A stretch of DNA of 64,000 nucleotides from Minisyncoccota bacterium (GCA_035546575.1 DASZWN010000002.1:187319-251318), one strand, 5' to 3'. Numbered from the stretch's first letter, positions 19,299 to 31,343 are shown. Made by a program: numbers and translations. Notes: a model not told the origin generated them from the letters alone.

Positions 19299-22200
19299 AT
19301 GCTTGCTATCTGGAAATTCTTTATAGAAAAGCGCCAGTTCACTACGCTCTTAATCGCAGCTGTCGTATTGTGGGGCGTTGTTGCAGCGATACAAATAACC
19401 AAGGAGTCCGGCCCCGAGGTATCTATCCCGGTTGGTATTGTCACCACGGTGCTCCCAGGCGCCTCGGCCGAGGACGTTGAGCGTCTTGTGACCGACAAGA
19501 TGGAAACACATCTTGCTAACATCGAGAACCTCGACACCATCACCTCAACTTCGCGTGACGGAGTCTCTTCAGTGGTCGTACAGTTCCTCGCATCTGCCGA
19601 CCTTGATAAGTCGATCCAGAAACTCAAAGACGAGGTAGACAAAGCCAAGATCGACCTCCCAACCGAGGCAAAAGATCCGACCGTTTCCGATGTTAACTTT
19701 GTCGACCAACCGATCCAGATTATTTCTGTTTCCGCAGACGCGCCGTTTGTAAAACTTGCGGAGCTGGCCGACCAGCTCAAAGACGAACTCCAGTCAGTTA
19801 AGGGCGTGCAGCGCGTTGAGATCTCTGGTGTCCGCAATCGTGAGATCGATGTTGTTGTTAAAAAAGAGGAGCTCGCTCGCCTCAACATCAGCCTGCCGCA
19901 GGTGGTACAGGCTATCAGTGCCGCAAACTCGTCGCTCCCGGTTGGCGCTATCACCGTAGACAATGTCAACTACAATATTGCGTTTGAGGGCAGCTTCGAT
20001 ACTGTTTCTGACATCGGTAGCGTTGCGATCCTTAACGTAAACGGCCAAGTAGTGTATGTGCGCGATATCGCAGATGTATCTGATGGTATCGAAAAAGCAA
20101 CTTCGTACTCGCGAGTTTCGGTAAGCGGAGCACCGTCCGAGCAAGCAATGTCGCTCCTTGTATACAAGGTACGCGGCCAGGACGTCACTACCGTAACTCG
20201 CACCGTTAAAGCAAAACTCGACGATCTTAAAAAGTCGATTCTTAACGGCAGCCAGGTGGTGGTCTCGCTCGACGCTGGCGACGAGGTGCAAAAAGATCTC
20301 ACTGAACTGACGCGCACCGGCCTCGAGACTATGGCGCTCGTAATGTTGGTGCTGTTTTTGACGCTTGGCTGGCGCGAGGCAGTTGTGGCCGGCGCTTCTA
20401 TCCCGCTTTCATTCCTCATCGCATTCGTGGGGCTTCTCTACTCGGGCAACACGCTCAACTTTATATCGCTCTTCTCGCTCATTCTTGCTATCGGCATTCT
20501 TGTGGACTCCGGTATCGTGGTGGTTGAGGCGATCCACACGCGTATTCGCAAATTTGGCGACAAACAGATGGCGGGCATGGAAGCCTTGCGCGAATATGCC
20601 TGGCCGCTCATGGGCGGCACTATTGCAACGGTCTCGTTCTTCGTACCGCTTTTCTTTATCTCGGGCATTGTCGGCAAATTTATCGCTTCGATCCCTTTTA
20701 CGCTTATCTTCGTGCTTATTGCCTCGATATTCGTAGCGCTCGGCCTTGTGCCGACGCTCACCATTATGTTTTCCAAGAGCGGGCACGACAGCCGCCTGGT
20801 AGCAATACAGGAGGAGTACACCGAGCGCGCCCGCAAATGGTACGCAGACAAGCTGCAACACTTCCTGGACCGTCGTACATGGCAAAACCGCTTTTTGTGG
20901 GGCATGGGTCTGGCGTTTGCACTTGCGATTGCCCTCCCTATAACCGGCATATTGCCCGTTTCCTTCTTCCCGCAGGAGGACATCGACTTCCTCTACGCCG
21001 ATATTGAACTTCCTCCGGGCAGCACCCTTGCGCAGACCGACCTTTCGGTGCGCGAAGTCGAGGATCGCCTCTACGGAGACAACAATATCGCATCGTTTGT
21101 AGCCGAGGTAGGCGCCTCGAGTGAGTTCGGCAATAACCCGCAACGCGACCCGCGTTTTGGCAACATCACCATCAACCTTGCAAAGGACCGCAGCAAAACC
21201 AGTACCGAAATACTCAGCGATATCCGCAAAGATCTCTCCGACATCACCAGTGCCAAAATAACCGCAGGCGAGCCGAACAACGGACCACCCGTAGGCGCGG
21301 CCGTTGACGTTAAGTTCCTCGGTCTCGACCAAGACGCTCTCGATACTACTGTAGCAAAAGCACGCGCAGTGCTTGAGGCAACACCGGGAGCAACCAGCGT
21401 AGATGCATCAAATAAAAACGAGACGCTTGAGTTTGACCTTAAGGTAGACCGCGCAAAACTCTCGCAAGTCGGGCTTTCCCCTGCTGCGGTAGCAAGCACG
21501 CTGCGCACTGCAGTCTCTGGCGTTAAAGCAACCTCGATCTCAGGTCTTGACCGCGATGTCGATGTGAACGTGTATCTTAATATCAATCCGTCATACACCG
21601 ACCCGCACGACACCACCAATACCAGCCTCGACGGCCTCCACCAGATCCCGATCACTACGCCAAGCGGCACTACCGTGCTTTTAGGCTCCTTACTCGAGGA
21701 GAGCATTACGCGCAACAACTCGATCATTAACCACGAGGATCGCAAACGCGTTGTAGAGCTGACCGCAAATACGCTCCCAGGCTACACTGCAGCCGGCGTA
21801 CTCGCTGCATACAACAAGGGTATGGAGCAGGTTGAGCTCCCACCAGGCGTGACTGTCTCGATCGGCGGCGAGAACGAGGAGACCAACAAGTCGTTTGCAG
21901 AAATGGGTTACGCGCTCCTCGCCGGTATTGCGCTCACGTTCGTTATCCTGGTTATCTCGTTTAACTCCTACCGTTTTGCGGGCTTCTTGCTTATCTTGGT
22001 GCCGCTCTCGCTTATTGGCGTCTTCGGCGGCTTGGTGCTCACCGGCCAGATGCTCTCATTCTCATCGCTCTTGGGCGTTATTGCGCTCGCAGGCGTTATC
22101 ATCAACCATGCGATTATCCTCATGGACTCGATCATTCAGCGCCTCAAGCATGGCGCCGGCCGTACGCTCAGCGACATTGTTATCGAGGCTGCAGTATCGC

Positions 22201-22409
22201 GCCTTCGCCCAATTATCCTCACGACTGTCACGACCGTAATCGGCATGATTCCGCTCACCTATGCCTCGGCGCTCTGGGGCCCGCTCGCATTTGCGATCCT
22301 CTTCGGCCTCTCGTTTGCGATGATCCTTACGCTCGTACTGATCCCAACGCTCGTGTACCGCTGGCCAGGCGTATTGCCGGAAGGAGTAGTAAAACCTAAA
22401 AATAAATAA
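19299..22409 (+). CDS. RND efflux permease (AcrB/AcrD/AcrF family)
   Basis: 1036 aa; GILVDSGIVVVE, RLRPIILTT. Confidence 0.95.
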   Translation: MLAIWKFFIEKRQFTTLLIAAVVLWGVVAAIQITKESGPEVSIPVGIVTTVLPGASAEDVERLVTDKMETHLANIENLDTITSTSRDGVSSVVVQFLASADLDKSIQKLKDEVDKAKIDLPTEAKDPTVSDVNFVDQPIQIISVSADAPFVKLAELADQLKDELQSVKGVQRVEISGVRNREIDVVVKKEELARLNISLPQVVQAISAANSSLPVGAITVDNVNYNIAFEGSFDTVSDIGSVAILNVNGQVVYVRDIADVSDGIEKATSYSRVSVSGAPSEQAMSLLVYKVRGQDVTTVTRTVKAKLDDLKKSILNGSQVVVSLDAGDEVQKDLTELTRTGLETMALVMLVLFLTLGWREAVVAGASIPLSFLIAFVGLLYSGNTLNFISLFSLILAIGILVDSGIVVVEAIHTRIRKFGDKQMAGMEALREYAWPLMGGTIATVSFFVPLFFISGIVGKFIASIPFTLIFVLIASIFVALGLVPTLTIMFSKSGHDSRLVAIQEEYTERARKWYADKLQHFLDRRTWQNRFLWGMGLAFALAIALPITGILPVSFFPQEDIDFLYADIELPPGSTLAQTDLSVREVEDRLYGDNNIASFVAEVGASSEFGNNPQRDPRFGNITINLAKDRSKTSTEILSDIRKDLSDITSAKITAGEPNNGPPVGAAVDVKFLGLDQDALDTTVAKARAVLEATPGATSVDASNKNETLEFDLKVDRAKLSQVGLSPAAVASTLRTAVSGVKATSISGLDRDVDVNVYLNINPSYTDPHDTTNTSLDGLHQIPITTPSGTTVLLGSLLEESITRNNSIINHEDRKRVVELTANTLPGYTAAGVLAAYNKGMEQVELPPGVTVSIGGENEETNKSFAEMGYALLAGIALTFVILVISFNSYRFAGFLLILVPLSLIGVFGGLVLTGQMLSFSSLLGVIALAGVIINHAIILMDSIIQRLKHGAGRTLSDIVIEAAVSRLRPIILTTVTTVIGMIPLTYASALWGPLAFAILFGLSFAMILTLVLIPTLVYRWPGVLPEGVVKPKNK

Positions 22410-22410
22410 T

Positions 22411-22441
22411 AAAAAAACCGCTCGTTATGGAGCGGTTTTTT
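22411..22441. terminator. bidirectional intrinsic terminator
   Basis: A7-CCGCTC-GTTATG-GAGCGG-T6. Confidence 0.85.
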
Positions 22442-23057
22442 ATTTCCCAAGTCGGCCTAGATGCGCCACTTTGCGGCGCCACTCGTTGCGCTTCCATTCG
22501 GGCGCTGTCTCACTGGGGCCAAATAGCGACGTCTTTACCCGGAAACCCGCAAACCACAAGATCCCCATCTTGATCTCGTTGGTGTAGTCGCCAAAGAGCA
22601 TCCAGATAAAAAACGGATGCGTACCGGAGAGGATTATGACGCGCGCTGTTTTGCCCTTGAGGCGTTTTTTCCAACCTAAAGCCGGCGTCCCCTGCTTGGT
22701 CTTGCGCATATTAAACGCAAAGCCAGGCATCCACATGCGGTCAAACAGGCCTTTAAGCAAGGCCGGCATCGAGCACCACCAGTTGGGATACAACAATACA
22801 AAATGGTCGCACCACTTGATTGCCTCTTGGAGCGCTACCAGGTCGGGCTCGTAGGCTTGTATCACTTTGTAGCCTTTATGGAGGATCGGGTCAAAGTGCA
22901 TCTGTGCTAAGTGAAAGTGCTTGACCTCGTGGCCTGCCTTTTTTGCAGACTCCTCGTATAAAAGCGCTAGCTCGCTGGTGATCGTTGGGTCCGAGTCGGA
23001 GTGCCCTACGAGCACAACGATTTTCTTTTTAACTTCGTGATTATGAAAAAACGACAT
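22440..23057 (-). CDS. flavodoxin-fold NAD(P)H:quinone oxidoreductase (Flavodoxin_2 family)
   Basis: YPNWWCSMPALLKGLFDR...PGFAF motif. Confidence 0.9.
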   Translation of the reverse strand: MSFFHNHEVKKKIVVLVGHSDSDPTITSELALLYEESAKKAGHEVKHFHLAQMHFDPILHKGYKVIQAYEPDLVALQEAIKWCDHFVLLYPNWWCSMPALLKGLFDRMWMPGFAFNMRKTKQGTPALGWKKRLKGKTARVIILSGTHPFFIWMLFGDYTNEIKMGILWFAGFRVKTSLFGPSETAPEWKRNEWRRKVAHLGRLGK

Positions 23058-23071
23058 ACAAATATTCCTGC

Positions 23072-24085
23072 TTAGAATTGTACCGTGCTTGCACGATTTT
23101 GTTTGTCCACATCTTGTGGCGTGCGAGGCATAACGCGTATCGCGGGCAATCCCGGGTTCTCGTCGGGATCTAGCGCGTCTTGTCCGGTAGGTTTAATAGG
23201 TGCAGGTTTTATTGGGACAGAAAGTGTAGGCGCGACTGGTATGGGCATAACGGGCGCAGGTGTAACTTTTGGCAGCCGCGGTGCCACTGCAAGCTCGTGA
23301 GACTGTGCAACTATCGGGAGGGGCGCATGCGGGCGCTCTGGCATCGGTGGTATAGGTGCAGGTTTTGCTGCTACCGGAGTTGGAGGCGGCACCGGCTTTG
23401 GCACGACAGGCTTTGGCTGAGGAGGAGATGCTGTTGGCTTTTGTTGTACAACTGGAGCAGGCTTGGGCTGTGGCGGCGGCGTAGACTTTGGCACGGGTTT
23501 AGGAGCCTCCTTTTTTGGCTCGATAACCTTTTTTTCTGTAACCGCTGCTGGTTTGCTTAGTTTTTGCCGCTGTTTGAGCGACGGTGCGCGCAGGATACGG
23601 AAGATCGCCATGTAACATAACACAAAGGCTGCGCCGCACAAAATGTAGATGATAAAGAGATCAACCCAATTCGTAACGGGTGCGATAATATGCACGATAA
23701 AGAGTGCATACCAATTAGCGCCGATGATCCCCTCCCAGATATAGCTGGGGTACGGCTTGTTTTGACGGAATAAGCTTGCGCCAAATAACAATGCGATCAG
23801 AAGCCACTTAAATAAAAACGCCGGGGAGAGTACGATCCCGAGTGCTCCGCCCGAGATATGCATTGCGGTTATTACAAGACCGGAAAGAATAATAATCCAG
23901 AGACCAAGAGTCTGTACGCGGGTTACCGCACGGCCAAACTGCTCTTCTTTGGGGTCTATCGTACCGTCGTACACTGAGACTAAGTAGGCTACGAGGAGGA
24001 TCGACGCCGAGCCGACGCCGAGCATTACGCCCAACTGCTGCGCAGAATAAAGGATGAGGTTGACCACATCAACCGAAAAGGACAT
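23072..24085 (-). CDS. multi-pass membrane protein with a long Pro-rich C-terminal tail
   Basis: Five TMs plus a PKP-rich tail; start re-called at MSFSV after TGcTACAAT. Confidence 0.75.
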   Translation of the reverse strand: MSFSVDVVNLILYSAQQLGVMLGVGSASILLVAYLVSVYDGTIDPKEEQFGRAVTRVQTLGLWIIILSGLVITAMHISGGALGIVLSPAFLFKWLLIALLFGASLFRQNKPYPSYIWEGIIGANWYALFIVHIIAPVTNWVDLFIIYILCGAAFVLCYMAIFRILRAPSLKQRQKLSKPAAVTEKKVIEPKKEAPKPVPKSTPPPQPKPAPVVQQKPTASPPQPKPVVPKPVPPPTPVAAKPAPIPPMPERPHAPLPIVAQSHELAVAPRLPKVTPAPVMPIPVAPTLSVPIKPAPIKPTGQDALDPDENPGLPAIRVMPRTPQDVDKQNRASTVQF

Positions 24086-24137
24086 GCAAAAATTGTAGCA
24101 TGAGAAATGTTCCTCTATCTCAGTTGCTTTGCCATAT

Positions 24138-24166
24138 TTGACAAATTCTATATTTGGGTGTATAAT
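24138..24166 (+). promoter_or_regulatory. consensus sigma70 promoter
   Basis: TTGACA-17nt-TATAAT. Confidence 0.8.
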
Positions 24167-24209
24167 TAAAACCGGCAGTTTCGTCGAAATCAACAGAGGA
24201 AAGACGATT

Positions 24210-24626
24210 ATGGAAATCGAGGAAGGACTTTTGCCTGACTGGCGCTATGCGCTAGAAAAGGCGGGGCTACTGGTGGCCTACGACCAATTCCTGGCCAAGG
24301 TGAAAGAAATGACCGCTCCGCTCAAACCGACTAGTCGGCATGCAGCATGGGTGATTTCTGGCTATGGCGGCATCGCGCCGGAACACCTGAGGCAAGGTTA
24401 CCAACATACTCTGGTGCTCAAGGTGACACCGATCGATAACATGCGGACCCACGAAGGTTGGCTTCGCGCGCTCCTTCACTTCAACGGACCCGAGGACGCT
24501 GTCAGCGTCATCGAAAGCGCCTCAGATTCGATCGAGTATCCGCGCGAACACAAGGGTACACTGGAGAAGGTGATTCAGGAGCTGATCAGCGACATCATCC
24601 CCATCGTTCCGCGTTTAAAGTTCTAA
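24210..24626 (+). CDS. hypothetical protein (138 aa)
   Basis: Promoter, GAGGA SD, ATG at 24210, downstream hairpin. Confidence 0.7.
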   Translation: MEIEEGLLPDWRYALEKAGLLVAYDQFLAKVKEMTAPLKPTSRHAAWVISGYGGIAPEHLRQGYQHTLVLKVTPIDNMRTHEGWLRALLHFNGPEDAVSVIESASDSIEYPREHKGTLEKVIQELISDIIPIVPRLKF

Positions 24627-24711
24627 CAACCCATCAACATTGGCTTAACCCGCTGCGTTGGTGGGTTTTGCTGTATGCAAGGAGTAAACTCTTTGCCAAT
24701 TAAACAGAGGA

Positions 24712-24948
24712 TTAGAGAATCACCGTGGCACCATCGTGGCGGACCTCCATCACACCTCCCTCAACCTCAATTTCTTTTGGGCTCGCGCCTGCGGTTTCTC
24801 GTATCGAAATAGTGCCCGGTTTAAGTGTGGTAATGAGCGGCATATGCTCGCCGAGCACGGTCATGTCGCCTGCAGTTGCAGGAACGGTCATGGAGTACGC
24901 TTCTCCATCGAAAAATACTTCGCTTACTTTTGCAATTACGACGTGCAT
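24712..24948 (-). CDS. atpC: ATP synthase epsilon subunit (N-terminal domain only)
   Basis: GDMTVLGEHMPLITTLKPG, EGGVMEV; last gene of the atp operon. Confidence 0.9.
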   Translation of the reverse strand: MHVVIAKVSEVFFDGEAYSMTVPATAGDMTVLGEHMPLITTLKPGTISIRETAGASPKEIEVEGGVMEVRHDGATVIL

Positions 24949-25037
24949 TATTTTGTATATTTGCGGATCACCAACACAAGAAAGTAGCCGATAACAATAC
25001 CAACCGCTACTCCCTTGATAAAGTCGACATCAAACAT
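24948..25037 (-). CDS. 29-aa single-TM small protein inside the atp operon
   Basis: MFDVDFIKGVAVGIVIGYFLVLVIRKYTK*; starts 4 nt after the atpD stop; TAATG overlap with atpC. Confidence 0.7.
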   Translation of the reverse strand: MFDVDFIKGVAVGIVIGYFLVLVIRKYTK

Positions 25038-25041
25038 GGTT

Positions 25042-26442
<1,401 letters not shown>

Positions 26443-26454
26443 TTAATTTGGAAG

Positions 26455-27432
26455 CTATGCAAGCATAGCTTCCATTCCTCCAGTAATTTCCGAGACTTCT
26501 CTCGTAATCGCAGCCTGTCTCGCTTTGTTAAACTTTAATGTTAGCGAGCCCCGCATCTCCCCCGCTTTGTCCGAGGCCGACTTCATCGCCACCATGCGCG
26601 CCGAGTGTTCAGAAGCTTGGGTCTCGAGTAATGCGTGGTAGACAAAGATGGAGGCTAGGCGCGGGAGGATTGCGCTGAGCACCTCGCCCTCTGATGGCTC
26701 TATTGTATATACAGACTGTTTTGAATTTGTATCAGATTGCGCTGCATACACACCCCGCACTGGGAGAATATCGTTGACCACCTCCTGGAGCTCCTCAAGC
26801 GAGAGCGGAAAGACAGTGTGTATGGTCGGGCGCTGCTCAAAGGTTGATACGAAGTTTTGATAGACAATTTTAACCACTTCTACCTCGCCCAAAGTAAACC
26901 GTTTTGCGGCCCCACTAACCAAGGTGTCGATAAGCTCCGGCGTTATCTGGTCAGTATTTGGATAAAACGCGCTTATCGTAAAGCCGCGCATTGTAAAAAA
27001 GTCGTTTGCTTTGCGACCTACTGCCACCACCTCTACCTGTGATGGATTGAGACCCATATTGGCAATATCTGCTGCACTCCCGCGCAGCACGGCCGAGTTG
27101 AGAGCGCCGGCCAAACCCTTGTCGCTGGTGATGACTATATACAAAGCTGTCTTGGGTGCGGAAAATGTATCTTCTCGACCATCCCCGCGATGACCTGCAG
27201 GGAGAGAAGACACGTTTTCTGCACCCCTCATGAGCGGATGGCTCGCAAGGTCTTTGCTGCCCGAGGTGCGTGCAAGGATAGAGGCAGCGGCCCGAGCATA
27301 TGCGCGGCCCGAAAGCGCGCGCTGCTGCGCCTTGCGCATCTTGGCAGCAGAAACTGCCTCCATCGCTTTGGTTACTTTTTGCGTCTTCTCGACGCTCTTT
27401 ATTTTAGATTTAATTGCTTTCAGCGCTGCCAT
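26455..27432 (-). CDS. atpG: ATP synthase gamma subunit (carries an in-frame palindromic insert)
   Basis: TKAMEAVSAAK, SDKGLAG, SEHSARMVAM, RQAAITRE. Confidence 0.97.
   Translation of the reverse strand: MAALKAIKSKIKSVEKTQKVTKAMEAVSAAKMRKAQQRALSGRAYARAAASILARTSGSKDLASHPLMRGAENVSSLPAGHRGDGREDTFSAPKTALYIVITSDKGLAGALNSAVLRGSAADIANMGLNPSQVEVVAVGRKANDFFTMRGFTISAFYPNTDQITPELIDTLVSGAAKRFTLGEVEVVKIVYQNFVSTFEQRPTIHTVFPLSLEELQEVVNDILPVRGVYAAQSDTNSKQSVYTIEPSEGEVLSAILPRLASIFVYHALLETQASEHSARMVAMKSASDKAGEMRGSLTLKFNKARQAAITREVSEITGGMEAMLA
27154..27226 (-). repeat. in-frame palindromic element, LPAGxxGDGR family, copy 1 (atpG)
   Basis: 23-nt arms (20/23 complementary) around the 27-nt core at 27177-27203. 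Confidence 0.9.
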
Positions 27433-27438
27433 ACAATG

Positions 27439-29004
27439 TTATTTTGCCTGCACAAGGTCCGGGTGCGTCTCTGCAAAGCTCGTGAGCGCCTGCTTGAGGT
27501 GCTCCTCGGTCTGCTCCGCAATGAGCTTTGATTCGCGGATAGACTCAATGACCTCAGGATATTCGGACTCGATATATGCAAGCATCTTCTGCTCGTACTC
27601 CGGCACGCGATCTACTGCCACATCTTTGAGGTAGCCGTTTACCGAAGCGTAGATAGAGATAGCCTGGAGCTCAAAGCCCATCGGATTGCCGTTGCGCTGC
27701 TTGAGCGTTGCCATCATGCGCTGACCAAAGTCGATGCGCTTTTTAGTGTCTGCATCGAGGTCCTGGCTAAACTGCATAAAGGCCTCAAGCTCGCGGAACT
27801 GGGCGAGCTCAAGCTTGATTTTGCCGGAGACCTTCTTCATTGCCTTAGTTTGTGCGGCCGAACCCACGCGCGACACCGAGATGCCCGCGTTGATAGCAGG
27901 ACGAATGCCTTTGTTAAAGAGATCAGTCTCGAGGAATATCTGCCCGTCGGTAATAGAAATAACGTTGGTCGGGATGTAGCCGGAGACGTCGTTTTCCTGT
28001 GTCTCGATAACTGGGAGCGCGGTCAAAGATCCGCCGCCCTTCTCCTTAGAGAGTTTTGCGGCACGCTCGAGGAGGCGGGAGTGGAGATAAAACACATCGC
28101 CCGGATACGCCTCACGGCCCGGGGGGCGGCGCAACAGCAGCGAGAGCTGGCGATATGCAACTGCGTGCTTGGAAAGATCGTCGTAGATCACGAGTGCGTC
28201 GCGGCCCTGGTCCATAAAGTACTCGCCGATAGCAGCGCCCGCAAAAGGAGCCAGGTACTGGAGCGCCGCCGGAGCCGAAGCGCCTGCATCGACAATAATC
28301 GAGTACTCCATTGCGCCCGCATCGCGCAGCTGAGCCATCAAACGCGCAGTCTTACTCTCCTTTTGGCCGATCGAAACATAAATACAAATCGGGCGGCTCT
28401 CCTTCGGCTCAGTCTTTTGGTTAAGGATGGTGTCGATAGCCACGGTCGTCTTGCCGGTGTAGCGGTCGCCGATGATAAGCTCGCGCTGGCCACGGCCTAT
28501 CGGGATCATCGCGTCGATTGCCTTGATGCCAGTGTGGAGCGGCTGGTTAACCGACTGGCGATCCATCACGCCGTACGCCTCGCGCTCAATTGGGTTTTGT
28601 TTGTCTGCCTTGATAGCGCCCTGGCCGTCAAGCGCCTCACCCAAAGGAGATACGACACGACCAATAAGCGCATCGCCCACCGGGATCGAGAGCACCGAGC
28701 CGGTAGACTCGACAGTCATACCCTCGCGCACCAGCGCCACATCGCCCAAAATAATCGCGCGGACAGACTCCTCTTCCAGATTCAAAATAACTCCGTAGAC
28801 TTCGCTTGAGGTTTCAATTGCATCCTTGAGGTTTTTGCCGTGTGCCGTGTCAAAGCGGACCATTTCTGACATCACCGCATTTGAAAGGCCCTCGATCTCG
28901 GCCACACCGTCGGAGACGCGCAGCACAGTACCCGCTCCCTGAGCGCGCTTCTCGGGAGTAAACCCTTCTATCTCTTTTTTAAATTGTTCGATGAAGTTTT
29001 GCAT
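27439..29004 (-). CDS. atpA: ATP synthase alpha subunit
   Basis: [31 protein letters not shown]. Confidence 0.98.
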   Translation of the reverse strand: MQNFIEQFKKEIEGFTPEKRAQGAGTVLRVSDGVAEIEGLSNAVMSEMVRFDTAHGKNLKDAIETSSEVYGVILNLEEESVRAIILGDVALVREGMTVESTGSVLSIPVGDALIGRVVSPLGEALDGQGAIKADKQNPIEREAYGVMDRQSVNQPLHTGIKAIDAMIPIGRGQRELIIGDRYTGKTTVAIDTILNQKTEPKESRPICIYVSIGQKESKTARLMAQLRDAGAMEYSIIVDAGASAPAALQYLAPFAGAAIGEYFMDQGRDALVIYDDLSKHAVAYRQLSLLLRRPPGREAYPGDVFYLHSRLLERAAKLSKEKGGGSLTALPVIETQENDVSGYIPTNVISITDGQIFLETDLFNKGIRPAINAGISVSRVGSAAQTKAMKKVSGKIKLELAQFRELEAFMQFSQDLDADTKKRIDFGQRMMATLKQRNGNPMGFELQAISIYASVNGYLKDVAVDRVPEYEQKMLAYIESEYPEVIESIRESKLIAEQTEEHLKQALTSFAETHPDLVQAK

Positions 29005-29005
29005 C

Positions 29006-29257
29006 TTATTTGCTGGCTACAAGTTTGCGATAAAGTTCGAGAAGATTTCTGGTCTGTTGCCGCTCGGGAGTGTCCTTTTGGTGCATCTCCATGCGGGCTT
29101 TGTGCACCTGGAGCTTTTGATACTCGGAGAAGATTCTTGGCAGAAGTTTTTGATGTCCGCGCTTCTCTAATGCCTGCTTAAGAGCGTCTAAAACTTTTTT
29201 CGGCTCACTCGTTTGTGTTTGCGAGAGCGCGTGCGCGTACATTTCTTCTAATTTCAT
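29006..29257 (-). CDS. atpH: truncated ATP synthase delta-like subunit
   Basis: Position between atpF and atpA; ..KRGH.KLLP.I motif; only 83 aa. Confidence 0.65.
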   Translation of the reverse strand: MKLEEMYAHALSQTQTSEPKKVLDALKQALEKRGHQKLLPRIFSEYQKLQVHKARMEMHQKDTPERQQTRNLLELYRKLVASK

Positions 29258-29703
29258 GCTCGTTTTTCGTTAAGGACCTTTTCAGCTCCGAGCACGATCA
29301 TCTTTGCAACCTCCTCACGACTCTCGGTGATTGCCTGCACTTTCAATTCTTTTGCTTGCGCCTCTGCCTCTGTGAGGATGCGCTGCGCTGCGCTCTCGCC
29401 CTGTGTAATAAGCTCGCGTTCCTTCTGCGAGCCCGCAGTGCGCGCCTGAGAGACAATGGTGTCTGCCTCGCGGCCGGCCTCGGCAAGCTTGGCTGCACGA
29501 GAGTGTTCAATCTGCGCAAGCTCCTCGTGCGCCTTTTGCGCATCTGCTACACCCTGCATAACCTTTTGGCGGCGCTCCTCGAGCATCCGCATGACCGGCC
29601 CGTACAAAAAGTACCAAAGGCCGACAAGCAAGATGCCAAAGTTAAGCCCCTGAATTAAGAGGAGCTTCCAATCAATGCCAAAAGTTGTAAAGATTGCTTG
29701 CAT
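29254..29703 (-). CDS. atpF: ATP synthase b subunit
   Basis: N-terminal TM (Q.LNF..L....FLY.PV...LEER) plus coiled coil. Confidence 0.93.
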   Translation of the reverse strand: MQAIFTTFGIDWKLLLIQGLNFGILLVGLWYFLYGPVMRMLEERRQKVMQGVADAQKAHEELAQIEHSRAAKLAEAGREADTIVSQARTAGSQKERELITQGESAAQRILTEAEAQAKELKVQAITESREEVAKMIVLGAEKVLNEKRA

Positions 29704-29718
29704 GGGATTATGCGAAGG

Positions 29719-29811
29719 AAAATGTTCTTAAAAAATAGTCTGGCCCGAGAGAATTCCGCGAAGACGGAATTGCGATACGGGAGACCCGAGGACTTTTTTT
29801 AAGGACATTTT
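29719..29811. repeat. multi-stem palindromic structure between atpE and atpF
   Basis: Outer arms AAAATGTTCTTAAAAAATAGTC / GACTTTTTTTAAGGACATTTT; inner AATTCCG-CGAAGA-CGGAATT. Confidence 0.75.
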
Positions 29812-29817
29812 TTGGAG

Positions 29818-30069
<252 letters not shown>

Positions 30070-30072
30070 TTA

Positions 30073-30834
30073 TTAATGCGCTGCCTTGTGGCTCCCATGC
30101 GGCTCCTCGACCGCCAGCTTAATGTACGCCAGGGTAAGGATCGCAAAGATAGCTGCCTGCAAAAGCCCGATAAAGAGCTCAAATGCCATCAGCGGCACTG
30201 GCGCTATATAAGGAGCAAAAAAGGCTATCACCAAAAGGAGGGTTTCTCCCGCAAAGATCGCCCCGAAGAGCCGGAACGACAACGAGACAAGCCGTGCCAG
30301 GTTTCCGATAATCTCGAGCAACCCGATAATAAACCCCATTGCGCCTCCCCTAAAATTAACAAATTTTGAGCCATATTTCAACACGCCGAGCGTGAGGATG
30401 CCGGAAAACTCTGCTACAAAAAAAGCGATGATCGCGAGCGCGAGCGTAGTGTTTAGGTCGGCGCTTGGCACATGGAGGAGCGATGCTGTCTCTCCTTCTG
30501 TATGCACAGTAAACGGCGCGAATATGGGCAGGAATGCAAAAAAGTTTACCGTAAGCACAAACAGGAAAATAGTCGCGATAAGCGGGAAATAGCGGTTTGC
30601 GAGCTTATCGCTCTGGAGGGCCTCATGCACATAGCCATAGACGTACTCATAGGCCATCTCGATAGCGCTCTGGGTGCGACCCGGAGTGAGTTTGAGCGAG
30701 CGACCTATCAAAAAGGCGCCCAGAAGGAGCACGGCCATGATCAGCCAGGTGGTCAAAACCGTGTTGGTGACAGGTATCCCCCACACCGAGAATAAGCGCT
30801 CAGCTGCGAGCGTGATATGCAGCCCTGACTCCAT
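30073..30834 (-). CDS. atpB: ATP synthase a subunit
   Basis: PSADLNTTLAL, SLSFRLFGAIFAGE, LQAAIF. Confidence 0.96.
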   Translation of the reverse strand: MESGLHITLAAERLFSVWGIPVTNTVLTTWLIMAVLLLGAFLIGRSLKLTPGRTQSAIEMAYEYVYGYVHEALQSDKLANRYFPLIATIFLFVLTVNFFAFLPIFAPFTVHTEGETASLLHVPSADLNTTLALAIIAFFVAEFSGILTLGVLKYGSKFVNFRGGAMGFIIGLLEIIGNLARLVSLSFRLFGAIFAGETLLLVIAFFAPYIAPVPLMAFELFIGLLQAAIFAILTLAYIKLAVEEPHGSHKAAH

Positions 30835-30984
30835 ATATAGGTATGTTATAGCACAAAAATTTACATCTGGCTTATCGTATTAGAGAACATCTATACCGAT
30901 GTAGTCAATAGTGTAAGAACTCTAAAAGTATAGCGTCTTCATGTAGGTGCTACAGGACGCTTAGTAGATAACCTATATACAGAT

Positions 30985-31299
30985 ATGCCCTTTATTGCTA
31001 TTGCTCTCGCAGTTTCGTTGTTTCTTGGAGGCTCAGCCGTGGTGGCACAGACTCCGCAGGCGCATAGCGCAGCGGCGCACGCAGCTCATGCCTGGGACTT
31101 TTTTGAAGCAAAAGTAACCGGCCACGAGCGCGTTGATGCAGACACTACTGCTACAAGCACTACGCAGGTACAAGGCGGACTCCGCGTCCGCTCTGATGCC
31201 GACGCAGATGCAAAGGCCGCTGATGATCGCGCAAATGGAAACGCATCTAGCGACATCAAGCTCAATGCAGACGGCTCTCTCAAAGTAAACGTGTTCTAA
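30985..31299 (+). CDS. secreted low-complexity hypothetical protein
   Basis: Signal peptide, Ala/Asp-rich body, terminator downstream. Confidence 0.7.
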   Translation: MPFIAIALAVSLFLGGSAVVAQTPQAHSAAAHAAHAWDFFEAKVTGHERVDADTTATSTTQVQGGLRVRSDADADAKAADDRANGNASSDIKLNADGSLKVNVF

Positions 31300-31343
31300 C
31301 GCCTGGGCGGGGTTGTAGTCATTCCTCCACATCGGGTTGCAGA

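Noticed and set aside
23072-23560. Pro-rich tail as a DNA repeat element
   Set aside because: Low complexity at the protein level without a clear nucleotide repeat unit
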